Assembly (NCBI RefSeq): GCF_006345805.1
Contig: NC_043008.1
Location: forward strand, 56,296,001-56,360,000
Direction: 5' to 3'
DNA length: 64,000 bases
Source: Octopus sinensis
Lineage: Eukaryota
Below are positions 50,809 to 63,402 of this stretch, one piece after another; positions within the stretch are counted from its first letter, which is position 1, and each line of letters opens with the position of its first letter. The notes under the pieces are model-generated. The model did no database searches and was not told the origin of the DNA. It saw nothing but the letters and a program-made list of their open reading frames with translations. A program made the translations under genes and the position numbers.

Positions 50809-51438
50809 AGTCTTTCTGCTTGTCTGTCTATCTATCACTGTATCTATCTATACATATGTGTACAACCGATTTCAAGGGCGTGGCCCTTGCGGAGTTAGCC
50901 AAACGATATATTTATGCAAACCTAACCTATACCTAACTTGAAATCAGCATTATATTTACTGATTCATCATAAGCTCACTAGACACGATAACGATGAAGCC
51001 TTCTTAACACATTAGATACATAACAAAACCAAGACTTTATTTTCGATGTATAGCTTAAGTTATTTAGCTGCTTTGCTACGCCGTTTAACTGATTCATAAT
51101 TGTTTGCTTTGCGTTAACAAAACATAGTTTTGTAGATATTTTTGCTTTTTCGATTTATTATATGAAGTCATTTTTCCACTTCGTTAACAACCCCCACAGT
51201 ACAACACTAACCAAACCACCCCTACAAAGTTGTAAGAATACCCTAACACCCACAGTAATAAGATACTTCACTCACTGGATTCAGTCACTCTATGACAACA
51301 TATGGTAAATTAGATTTTCTACTGCTAACTAAACGTATTCGTAATTCTAAGAAATACACAGCTCATTGTATGCGAGAGCAAAATATATATATATATGTAG
51401 AGAGGGTACACCGTTGATGCAAAGCTGATTTCGCCTCT

Positions 51439-51507
<69 letters not shown>

Positions 51508-51562
51508 ATATGATGCATATACACATATATGTACATATTACACAAACACACACACACACACA

Positions 51563-51734
51563 CACATTACATTATTACATTATTTACATTCGACGAATAT
51601 TTGTCCTCATTTTGTTTGTTGTTAACACAACGTTTCGGACTGATATACCCTCCAGCCTTCTTCAGGTGTCTTGCGGAAATTTCGAACCTGGGTTCTCATT
51701 CCTAAGGTATATTTCGATGTTATTGTTATTGTTA

Positions 51735-51820
<86 letters not shown>

Positions 51821-51926
51821 TTATTATTATTATTATTATTATCGTTATTGTTCAGGTCACTGCTTGGAATCGAACTCGGAATCTTGGGGTTAGAAGCACG
51901 CGCTCTTAACCACTACGCCATATGGC
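51563..51926 (-). mobile_element. tRNA-headed SINE with internal (TAA)n and a 3' hammerhead ribozyme
   Basis: A-box TGGCGTAGTGG (51920-51910), B-box GTTCGATTCC (51875-51866), microsatellite 51719-51851, hammerhead 51670-51624, short-repeat tail AATGTAAATAATGTAATAATG. Confidence 0.85.
51624..51670 (-). ncRNA. minimal type I hammerhead ribozyme motif
   Basis: GACAC-CTGAAGA-A-GGCTGG-AGGGTATA-TCAGTCC-GAAA-CG-TT-GTGTT; 5-bp helix I, 6-bp helix II with one bulge, palindrome AACGTT. Confidence 0.78.
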
Positions 51927-52089
51927 TTTCCCTTGAACAACATTGGTGGCGTGGAAAAGGGAAACTGGCATGCAGGGCCTGCACAAGTGTCTCGGAGGGT
52001 CCCTTTCTAGATACAATCGTATGGTCATTTATGACCGAAAGGGGGTCGTTACCCTTTACCCTTTATGTGTTTATATAATATATATATAT

Positions 52090-52497
52090 ACATTTGTGTT
52101 TTTGTCTCCCATCATCCATTTGACAGCCGGTGTTAGTTTCTTTATGTTCCCATAGACTAGAGGTTCGGCAAAGGAGACCGATAGAATAAGTATAAGGTTT
52201 AAAGTAAAAGATTATATGCATGGCTGTGTGGTAAGCTTGCTTCCCATCCACATGGTTCCTGGTACCTTGAGCAAATGCCTTCTACTATAGCCGCGGGCCT
52301 GCTAAAAGTTTTGTGAGAGGATTTGTCACTTGACAACCGATGTTCGTGTGATTACGTCCCCGTAACTTAGCGGTCCGGGAAAAAGGACCGATAGAATAAG
52401 TACTAGGTTTACAAAGAATAAGTCCTGGGATCGATTTGTTAGACTAAAGGCGGTGCTTCAGCATGGCCGCAGTCAAATGACTAAAACAAGTAAAAGA
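52090..52497 (+). mobile_element. two fragmentary SINE family B copies in tandem
   Basis: 3' half fragment 52090-52200, then a deleted copy 52215-52497. Confidence 0.8.
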
Positions 52498-52507
52498 ATT
52501 TATGTAT

Positions 52508-52540
<33 letters not shown>

Positions 52541-52541
<1 letters not shown>

Positions 52542-53819
52542 CAGGTCATCCCATAAGTTCTGTCCGAATTTTGAATAAAGAAAACAAGTTATCAAATGTT
52601 ATATTTAATTGAAATTTAATCATCAATGTACTCTCCCTGATTATCTATGACTTCCTTCCATCTATTTACAAGCTTTTTAATCCCATCAATGTAAAACTCT
52701 TTTGGTTTCAAAGCGAAGAACTCTCAAATGTCAGTTTCGACCTACTCCTGGCTTGCGAAAGTTATGTCTTCCAAATGATTCTGTAAACTACGAAACAAAT
52801 GGTAGTCTAAAGGAGCAAGGTCAGAAGAATAAGGTAGATGAGGAATTTTTTCACAACCAAGCTCTCCGATCTTCTGTGATGTGATCTTTGCTGTGTGGGG
52901 TCGCGCATTGTCCTGATGAAACACCACTCCTTTTCGATTCACTAAAGCGGGTCTTTTTTTCTTCAAAGCTTGGTTCAAGCGCTCTAATTGCTGAGAGTAG
53001 ATTTCAGCATTGATTGTTGCATTAGGTAGTAACAATTCAAAGTGAATTACTCCTGTGCAATCCCATCAGACAGAGAGAAGAAACTTTTTCCCATGAATCG
53101 GTTGTGATTCAGCTTTTTCGTTTTTACCAAGCTACTGTTTACGACGTTTAATATTTCGACAGCAGACCCATTTTTCGTCACCAGTCAAAAATCTATCCAA
53201 AAAGGGTGAAATGAGTGCACGAGAATGGCGAGAAGAGCAGATGTCAACTCGGGATTTACGGTTGCTTTCGGACATTTCATGAGGCACCCATTTTCCAAGT
53301 TTAGGAACCTTTCCAAGTTGTTGAAGATGACGATGAACAGTTGTATGGTTTGAACTAAGCTTTATTGCCAATTATTCAACTGATAATGCAGGATATTCTT
53401 CAAGTAATGCCCCAAGGAGCTTATCATCAAACTCAACTGGACGTCCTGTTGGATCTTCATCTTCGAGGCTGAAATTTCCACTTCTGAATTTTGCAAACCA
53501 TCTCCTGCAAGTTCTTTCATTCAAGCATTCTTTCCCATAAACTGAGTGTATGTTTCGAGTCGCTTCGGCTGCAGAGTTTCCTTTTTTGTACTCATAAAGC
53601 ATTATGTCTCTCAAATGCTCTTTGGATGCTTCCATGTTAGAAAGGGTTTTAATCAAAAATTTTTTAATTCTTTTATTCTGTAAAATGATATTTAATTAGT
53701 TTAGATGCACACAAATGCATAAAAATAATTTTTAATTCCAATAGACATTCTAAAATACTACTAAATTTCATTCAATTTAAAAATCGGTAAAATCGGATAG
53801 AACTTATAGGATGACCTGA
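52541..53819 (-). mobile_element. full-length mariner (DD34D) with both TIRs, inactivated
   Basis: TIRs TCAGGTCATCCCATAAGTTCTGTCCGA / TCGGATAGAACTTATAGGATGACCTGA|TA; ORF pieces 53372-53656, 53132-53371 (WVPHE, TGDEKW) and 52742-53035 (HQDNARPH...YSSDLAPLDYHLF, 34-residue spacing). Confidence 0.95.
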
Positions 53820-53870
53820 TATATATGTTCTGTATGTTTATGTATATACAGTATATATGTGTAGTATGTA

Positions 53871-53946
<76 letters not shown>

Positions 53947-54041
53947 GTTATATTATATTATTTATTATTATATTATATTATATTATATTTATACACACAC
54001 ACACACGCATATATACTGTATATATAAACATATATATATAT

Positions 54042-54203
54042 TTCTTTACTACCCACAAGGAGCTAAACACAGAGGGGACAAACAAGGACAGACAGAGGGA
54101 TTAAGTCGATTACATCGACCCAAGTGCGTAACTGGTACTTAATTTATTGACCCCGAAAGGATGAAAGGCAAAGTCTACCTCGACGGAATTTGAACTCGGA
54201 ACG
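54042..54203 (-). mobile_element. SINE family A, 5'-truncated unit
   Basis: Tail through GGAATTTGAACTC. Confidence 0.85.
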
Positions 54204-54323
54204 ATATATAAACATATATACAGAACATGGCCACAGCCTTAGGGCTGAAACGTATAAAAGAATTACAGAATACACACACACGCACACACACACACACACA
54301 CACAACACACACACACACACACG

Positions 54324-54378
<55 letters not shown>

Positions 54379-55349
54379 TACACGGAAATATTTTCTCACA
54401 GGCTGAAGGACTTCAAGCCTCCATTCAAGACGTCAGTTTAGCTCTGTTGGCCTCTAACTTCCTCTATTCTTCCCTTCACACACGTTTTCTAATCCATATA
54501 TGATTTTATATCTAATGGCTCATTTTCGTATATCCTGCCTTTATCTTCCTCCCTTGTCACCTACTTTGAATTTTCCACATAGCTTTCTCATAATTTCCTT
54601 TCTCTCCGTAAAAAATTTTATTTACTTAAATAGTTAGAAAAAGAATGGAAATGGTTGATGTGTGAAATTAAGTGGACGAATTACGCGCGCACATACACAT
54701 ACACACACATACAAACACACACGCACAAATACACCCACCCACACCCACACGCACACACACAAGCACACACATATACATACATATAGACAGACACACAAGT
54801 TCATATGTGGAAACACTGTAACAAGACACACAAATATGTGTTTATATATATATATATATATATATGTATAGACACACACACACATATATATATATATATA
54901 GACACATACACGGGCATTTATGCTTGATACATACATACATACATACATGCATACGTACGTACATACATACATACGCACACACACACACACATATATATAT
55001 ATACATATATATATATATACATGTATGTATGTATGTATGTATGTATGTATGTATGTATGTATGTATGTATGTTTCCCTCTACGAAATCCACGCACAAGGC
55101 TGTGGTCGACCCGAGGCTATAGCAGAAGACACTCGCCCAACGTGCCATGCAATGGGACTGAACCCGAAATCATGTTTTATAGTTGGTACCAGACATTCAG
55201 CCTTAAATACTTCCCTAACTCTGTGGCGCACGAAAGTTTCACCAGATGTACCGAGAACCTGAGTAGAAACATGAAAAATAACATTAGCTTTATGTTGGAT
55301 ACTCTTTTATATATTTTGGGCAACAAAGCAGTTACATTAAGCTTATATG

Positions 55350-56114
55350 TTGATTGAATACATGTAATAGCTTACTTTATAGTTACTTTCATCAGACCAT
55401 ATGACATTCGACCATTGCTCACTTGTTCAATTTGAGTGGTTTTTGACCCACTGAAGACGTTTTCCATATTAGCTTCAGAAATCATTGGTTTCTTCCTGGC
55501 TTTACAGCCTTTCAAACCGTACTCTACAAGCCTTCTTCTAACAGTTCTGGCTGATATTTGTGAAGTATTTGCCTTGTTGAAGTCCGCACAGAGCTCCGAC
55601 GATGTTTTTCTCCTGTTTCTGAGAGACTGACAGATGATGGGTCTGTCATCACGATGTGATGTAACCTTTTTTCTGCCTGTTCTTTGTATTGACTTCACAT
55701 CTTTTGTCTCTCTGAAGCGCTTAAGAGTCATTTGCACTGCACATCGAGAACATTTCATCTTCTGAGTAATTTGTCTTTGAAACATTCCATCTTTCAAAGC
55801 TACGATTTCACCTCGCTCACACTCAAATCCCTTGGTTTTGGCATTTTACTGTTTATTAACTGTATTTACAACGTATTTTAGCATAAAATACTGAAATAAT
55901 CAAGGAAACACAAGATAATTTTGGATGTTGGTCTTACTCATAATTGGTTGCATATGTTACAGCGGTAATTGATGCTAAAGGAGGATCAACCAGATATGAA
56001 AACTAATGTATATTGTGAAATATACCATAATCTACCATGTGCACGAGTTTCATTAACATTGAGATTGCAGAACCCCAAAACATTGGGGTGGCCTAATACT
56101 TTTGCCCAAGGCTG
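55350..56114 (-). mobile_element. Tc1-type transposon 5' half
   Basis: TA|CAGCCTTGGGCAAAAGTATTAGGCCACCC TIR; ORF 55372-55797 RTGRKKVTSHRDDR...ISARTVRRRLVEYGLKGCKARKKP; WSDES in another frame. Confidence 0.88.
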
Positions 56115-57512
56115 TATATATATATATAAAGTTAATTGCCACATCAATTTGGTTTTCATTGTTACTGCTAGTTTAACCCCAGGCAAACCTTCCGCCAGCT
56201 GGTTATAGGTGTAGTATTCCTGTACATATTTATTACAAGCAGGGGAGCGAGCCCCTACCATCCTCCAGCAGACGACAGGCTCGCGAGACTGACTCAGTTT
56301 CGAGCTAGTTTGCTCGTCCTGTGTCGCGAACACCTACCTGGTCGGCAGAGAGATGGCCAGAGTCCACTCCAGCAAGCATTATAAAGAAAACAAAGTGGCC
56401 ATCGGTCACCGATTTACAACAAGCAAAAGTAGCTGGTTGTAAAATCTAAATAAGAGATGAGTGTGTGTGTGTGTAGCAGCTTTATAATGATCATTCAGAC
56501 ATAACATGCTCCATATCTCATAGTTTCGCATAGTCTAATAGATGTACAATCGTCAAGATGTTTTGGGAACACGCACGTCCGTCGAGTGTAGGTCTATGAA
56601 ATTTATACGAAATCATTTGCTATTGAACTTCCATCGTTTGACAACCAGTGCTTGACAAAGGAATCTTAGTCTCGTGTAGTGAATGCTCAAGTTTCTGGAC
56701 TATGTAGAATATCCGATCACAAGCACACGCACGCGCACGCACATACACACACACACACAACGTATGTGCACTGACACAATTATATATATGTGTTTATGTA
56801 CAGCTATACATGCACGTATGTGCATAAATGTATATATATTGGAAATAATATCTTTGACGAACACAAATGGGCACGCATAAATGTATGTGTGCGTGCATAC
56901 ATACATACATACATACATATATATATATATATATGTATGTATGTATGCATGTGCTTATATGTGTGTATGTGTCTGCGTGTATCACAATACCAAGCATTTG
57001 CCCGAATTATTCTTAGGTTACCTTCTTAGTAACTTAGACGGCTCTATCCTCACGATGTGTCATAGTGACATGTTATTAACTAGTTGCGGTTCCTACTCTC
57101 TCTCTACCTTTCTCTCTCCTCCTCTATCACTTTGCCTATTGCACCCTCATCGGCACGCTCTCTCTCTTACCACTATCTTTCCAACTCTCTACGTTTTACA
57201 CATGGCCTCTGTCTCACGTCAGAATCTAAATGATGTCCAGATTTTGACTGAAGGGGAAATATAGAAAATAAAACTTGAAATTTAATGGAAACTACATAGA
57301 ATTTAGCTGTTTTATATTTGGTACATTCTCTCTACTACCGCCTCCTCTCTCGCTCACTTTCTCTCTCTTTCTCTGTCATCGTTTCCCCCTATTCGTCTCT
57401 ATTCTTCTCTCATTGTATCCCTCTCCTCCTCGCTTTCTCTAGCTGTTTCTCTGCCTATGTCTATCTGTTCGTCAATCTCCAAAATACATAACTCTTTTTC
57501 TCAACTGTCTAT

Positions 57513-58018
57513 CTTATTTCTTTACTGCCCACAAAGAGCTACACACACAGAAAGGACAAACAAGAACAGACAAACGGATGAAGTTGACTATATCGACCCC
57601 AGTGCGTAACTGGTACTTATTTAATCGAACTCGAAAGGATGAAAAGCAAAGTCGTCCTCGGTGGAATTTGAACTCAGAACGTAGCGGCAGACGAAATACC
57701 TATTTCTTTACTACCCACAAGGGGCTACACACAGAGGGGACAAATAAGGACAGGCAAACTGATTAAGTCGATTATATCGACCCCAGTGCTTAACTGGTAC
57801 TTAATTTATCGAACCCGAAAGGATGAAAGGCAAAGTCGACCTCGGCGGAATTTGAACTCAGAACGTAGCGGCAGACAAAATACTTATTTCTTTACTACCC
57901 ACAAGGGGCTAAACACAGAGGGGACAAACAAGAACAGACACACGGATTAAGTCGACAATATCGACCCCAGTGCGTAAATGGTACTTATTTAATCAACCCC
58001 GAAAGCATGAAAGGCAAA
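57513..58018 (-). mobile_element. SINE family A, three tandem ~184-bp units, head lost
   Basis: Unit starts near 57515, 57700 and 57884. Confidence 0.9.
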
Positions 58019-59233
58019 GATGAGAATATTCTGCACAATGAACTTGGCTTGAGAAGGTTTCAGCTCGGTGGGTGCTATGTCTTCTGACACCTGATCAAAA
58101 GCACACCAGGCTGGTCTCATCACGGGAAAATCTGACATTGTTTTAGGCAGATCCAGCTGGTTTCCTTGAATGTTTCCTAACCCAGGATGAGTGTTGGCTT
58201 CATCACTTTGAGATTGAGCTAAATAGAACATCTGTGCAGTGGAAACACCCCCTTACCTCCTCCAAAGAATACCGAGGTTGTTTTATCTGCTGGGAAGGTG
58301 ATGGCCTCGTTTTTTGGGATGCAAAAAGCATTGTGTTTATTGACTATCTTCAAAAAGGCTAAAGCATCAACGGAGAGTACTATGCCAAGTTGCTGAGGTA
58401 GTTACGAAAGGCTATCGAGACCAAATACTCAGGAAAACCGAAGAAACGGGTCTTGTTTCAACTGGACAACACTCCAGCACACAAGTCCTTGCTTTCCATG
58501 GCTGCTGCGCATGACTGTGGTTTGCAACTGGTTGATCACCCTCCCCATTCTCCTGATTTGGCTCCATCTAGCTCCATCTAGCTCCTGATTTGGCTCCATC
58601 TGTTCACAACAGGCGTAGGAGTGGCTGTGTGGTAAGTAGCTTGCTTACGAACCACATGGTTCCGGGGTTCAGTCCCACTGCGTGGCACCTTGGGTAAGTG
58701 TCTTCTACTATAGCCTCGGGCCGACCAAAGCCTTGTGAGTTGATTTGGTAGACGGAAGCTGAAAGAAGCCCGTCGTATATATATATGACAGCCGATGCTG
58801 TTGTGTTTACGTCCCCCTAACTTAGTGGTTCGGCAAAAAAAAAAAGACCGATAGAATAAGTACTAGGCTAACAAACAATAAGTCCTGGGGTCTATTTGCT
58901 CGACTAAAGGCGGTGCTCCAGCATGACCACAGTCAAAATAACTGAAACAAGTAAAAGAATATAAAAGAGTAACCTGAAAAAGTAAAAAAAAAACAAAGAA
59001 AAAAAACAACACTTGGCTGGGAACCTGTATCGCAGTGATGATGACGTCATATCTACTGTTGATGACTTTTTTGACCAACAAGGTGAAAGGCAGTTCACCA
59101 GTGGGATCCAAGCACTGCAACACCAATAGGGCTGAGTGAACCGTAAAGGGAACTATGTTGAAAAGTATCTTCATTTGATCACATTGCATGAGAATATCTT
59201 AGTCAGCTTATGAATTTTTCAGCAGATCGTCGA
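58019..59233 (+). mobile_element. mariner relic interrupted by SINE B (58611-58972)
   Basis: SAGKVMAS...IDYLQKG...LFQLDNTPAHKS...VDHPPHSPDLAPS; resumes after the SINE. Confidence 0.8.
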
Positions 59234-59245
59234 ATAATATACTTT

Positions 59246-59667
59246 GGACCTTTTCGGTTTGAACGGCAGTTTTTTCTAGCGGTGTCATATGAAATTGTCA
59301 CCCATAATTATGACCCTAGTATCGATCTATTGCATTTCAATCTGTTTTAGGGTTAGGGTTAGGGATGGGGGGAAGGGTATCTTTATTTCTTCAGAAATGT
59401 AAATAAACCCAATCTGTTTCTTAAACGAAGGACATATTCATACGGCACAGGATGTTTTTTTTACCCCGATAGATGTCATTGATTGGTTGAAATTGCAGAA
59501 ATTGAAGAAAAAACAACAACAAATATCTTACAAACCATAGAATTTTCTCAATTAAGCCAAGAGAAAAAGATGTTTTATAAACACATTCTACCAGTATACG
59601 AAGTTTAAAAGTGTTTAAGTTACGTGGAAATTATTCTAAAAAACTGCTTTTCAAACCGAAAAGATCC
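59246..59667. mobile_element. MITE with 30-bp TIRs and internal (TTAGGG)3
   Basis: GGACCTTTTCGGTTTGAACGGCAGTTTTTT versus AAAAAACTGCTTTTCAAACCGAAAAGATCC (3 mismatches); TTAGGG x3 at 59347-59364. Confidence 0.85.
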
Positions 59668-60044
59668 TATATTTTAGCTAGTTAGATAGGTTGATAGACA
59701 GAAAGACAATTATATAAGTAAGGTATGTGTGTGCGTGTGCGTGTATGTGCGCGCGCGCTTTCATATTTACATGTTTGCTATAGTAATTTTGTCACATATA
59801 GGGAGAATTAGCTCTAACTACTGAATTAATATGTTTGCTTAGTGGGTTACAGTTAAATACCCATTCAATTTTCCCATTATATCTTCACCGAAAATGGTTC
59901 ATTCATTATTAAAAACACGTTTTACTGAATGCCTGACCTTTTTCTCTTCGTTACAATACAAACAATAACAACAACAACAGCAGCAACTGTAGTGGTGGTT
60001 TTTATTTCATTTTGGTTGTAAAATCTCTTGGCAGTGACAGGTTA

Positions 60045-61179
60045 TGCACGATTCCTTGGAGAGTAATATATGCTACACTCAACATCACTATGTGATCGAC
60101 GTGTTGAGCCCAAGGCTAGCCTTGGTCGAAGAAGTACAGATTCAAAGTCATTCCAGCTATGACAATCGTGTCTTTTGGTATACCTATTTCTTTACTAGCC
60201 ACAAGGGCTAAACACAGAGAGGATAAACAAGGACAGACAAACGGATTAAGTCGATTACATCGACCCCAATGCGTAACTGGTACTTAATTTATCGACCCCG
60301 AAAGGATGAAAGGCAAAGTCGACCTCGGCGGAATATGAACTCAGAACGTAACGGCATAAGAAATACCTATTTCTTTACTACCCACAAGGGGCTAAACACA
60401 GAGGGGACAAACAAGGACATACATAGGTATTAAGTCGATTACATCGACCCCAGTGCGTAAGTGGTACTTATTTAATCGACCCTGAAAGGTTGAAAAGCAA
60501 AGTCGATCTCGGCGGAATATGAACTCAGAACGTAACGGCATACGAAATACCTATTTCTTTACTACCCACAAGGGGCTAAACATAGAGGGGACAAACAAGG
60601 ACATACATAGGTATTAAGTCGATTACATCGACCCCAGTGCGTAAGTGGTACTTATTTAATCGACCCCGAAAGGATGAAAGGCAAAGTCGACCTCGGCGGA
60701 ATTTGAACTCAGAACGTAACGATAGACGAATCACGGCTACGCATTTCACCCGGCGTGCTAACGTTTCTGCCAGCTCGCCGCCTGGTGTCTTGGTATACCT
60801 CCAACAACATTGTCCAATGTAAACTTTCTTTTCCCTATTTCTTTTTAAAGCCAGTATGTTTTAATTCGTGAAGCAGGTGGCTTAGTGGTGAGATAGCTAA
60901 GCTTAAATACGATCGTTAGGCAGTGAGTTTGATTCTTGGACCAGGCAGTGTAATGAATTTTTTAGTATGACACTTCATTCCATGCTGCTTCAGGCTGCTC
61001 AGCTGAAAATGCATACTGAGGACAGCTGGAGGTTAACTCTGCAATGATTTGACTGGGTATTGCTCTATGATTCGAGTAGCTTTTGATTCCTTGTGCACGA
61101 TTCCTTGGAGAGTAATATATGCTACACTCAACATCACTATGTGATCGACGTGTTGAGCCCAAGGCTAGCCTTGGTCGAA
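60045..61179 (+). repeat. identical 86-bp direct repeat (60045-60130 and 61094-61179)
   Basis: TGCACGATTCCTTGG...CCAAGGCTAGCCTTGGTCGAA, no differences seen. Confidence 0.92.
60181..60783 (-). mobile_element. SINE family A, head plus three tandem 183-184-bp units
   Basis: TACCTATTTCTTTACT at 60181, 60364 and 60548; head ends at 60783. Confidence 0.92.
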
Positions 61180-62535
61180 CAAGCATAGATTGTTCAGACG
61201 GCCTAAACGACTTGGCTATCGGGAAAATTTCTAGCTTCATGAGCTAGAGGAAAGCAGTTTTGATTTAAGAGAGATTTGACTGTGCAACGAAGCCCCTGCT
61301 GAAATTTGAACGACAGCTCTGACATTTCCACAGTCTAAAACAATGGCTTAATACAAAGGAAAAGTGTCACCATAAAAGGCATTTAAACCTATACGAATAT
61401 GATTTAACTAAACAGAACTGACTGGCATATTCTTTCTGTTTATTTCGCCTTCTATGACAATGTAGTACTTGCATAATATTTTCTTGCTTGTTGTATTGCA
61501 GAAGATTTCTAGCTGCTAAGTTCGTTGCTCTATGAACTTTGCCGCATTAATTTACTTGTATGTATATTTGTAAGTGTAAATGAAGCTGATTAATAAAATA
61601 TCTGAAAACTCAACTAAATTTTAGTATCGCCATTAACACTACACATTCGAAGCAACATTGTAAACAGTCAACGAAGAAATTATAACTAGCCGCTGCGCTA
61701 AACTTGCTATTTTTCTCAGGTCGTATGACCAGTTTCTCTCGTTTACCTGTTATATAGTGTGAGTTTAATAATAAGGAAAGGCAAAAGTTGTTGAGGTTTA
61801 ACGCAAAGGACAACAACAGACGAAAGAAAGCGAAGTATTCTCCCGCCGTTGATCAAAGGCTTAGCACAAAGCATTAAAAATTTTGTCCCACCATAAAATG
61901 CAAACTTTGCTGAACAGTACGTGCCAGTGAAGAAGGTTAGGAATTTTCCTTAAATTCTGGTTTTACTGCTACTTATTTCAAAGCTCCGTAGTAAATCTGT
62001 GATCAAAAGCTATTCGAATCACAGACCAATACCCAGCCAAATCATGTCACGCTTGAGTTGTTGCATTCATTAAAATTCTGTACAATATATTTTAACAATC
62101 ACCATGTTTGTCACACACGCACGCACACAAACATAGACACACAAACACGCACACAAGTAGAGCTAGATGGGATTTGAACCGTGATATGATAGATAATTCC
62201 TCAACTGTTTTATGATATACTTATTCATTCGTTTCTATAAGGGGTCGTGGATAACCGGGTAATTAGGGTATTAAGAGACCTGGGTGAATACAGGGTATCA
62301 GACTGCCGTCTCGAGTGTCTATAATAGGTATGTAGCCATCGCAACTGTGCCGTGTCTTTGGCAAGGTCACTCACTGTAAAGAGAAATAAAATAACGAATC
62401 CACCCGGCTCTCTTTACCTGCGTGAGCTGTAGAGTATTACTGTCTGGGAGATATCTTATGGTATTAGAATAGTAGTTTAACTGTTATTTCTAAAATTTCG
62501 GTATGTGGTGAAGCAAATTTTGTTGAACCCTAATT

Positions 62536-62598
<63 letters not shown>

Positions 62599-62827
62599 CT
62601 ATATTATATATATATATTATATATATATATATATATATACATACATACATATATATATATATATAATACGATACAAGAGCAATAAAGATTCAAGTTAATT
62701 TAAAAGATTTACTTGAATATGGTACCTAACTTAGATGCACCAAAAAAAAAAAAAAACTATACTGATTTAACAGTACAGTAATGTGGGGTGATTATAAGCG
62801 AGAAAGAAGCAACAAGAATGGATAGGT

Positions 62828-62918
62828 TTTTAGTACGATCGTTTCATACAAGGACAGGTTTTATTAAAAGTTGCAAAGATTACAGCATATAAACGAGTCC
62901 CGTACTCATCAGCTAAAA
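62828..62918 (-). ncRNA. type I hammerhead ribozyme motif (left arm)
   Basis: Mirror of 63314-63402 with one extra nucleotide in helix II. Confidence 0.82.
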
Positions 62919-63313
62919 TACATGTAAGTTCTCTAGACATCCTAGTGTTTGAGGCTATACTCATGAAGATGAGATAATTAAACAGATTTCTAAAGTTCAT
63001 TAACGTTCTTTAAGATGATGTACAGTCTATCACAGAATTTTAAAAAGTTTTGATAGGCATCACAGAGAAGGTGACCTAATCCATATGAATTTCCATAGAT
63101 ATGATGAGGATTATATAATCCCTCATCATATCTATGGAAATTCATATGATTAGGTCACCTTCTCTGTGATGCTATCAAAACTTTTTTAAAATTCTGTGAT
63201 AAGACTGTACATCATCTTTAAAGAACTTTAATGAACTTTAGAAATCTGTTTAATTATCTACATACTTCATGAGTATAGCCTCAAACACTAGGATGTCTAG
63301 AGACTTACATGTA

Positions 63314-63402
63314 TTTTAGCTGATGAGTACGGGACTCGTTATATGCTGTAATCTTTGCAACTTTTAATAAAACCTGTCTTGTATGAAACGATCGTACTAA
63401 AA
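63314..63402 (+). ncRNA. type I hammerhead ribozyme motif (right arm)
   Basis: Helix I TTTTAG/CTAAAA; core CTGATGA 63320-63326; 9-bp helix II GTACGGGAC/GTCTTGTAT with a 40-nt loop; GAAA; palindrome ACGATCGT; GUA triplet. Confidence 0.85.

Noticed and set aside
56170-56450. Relatively GC-rich island as an exon or HDV-like ribozyme
   Set aside because: No convincing ORF, splice pair or nested double pseudoknot could be traced by eye.
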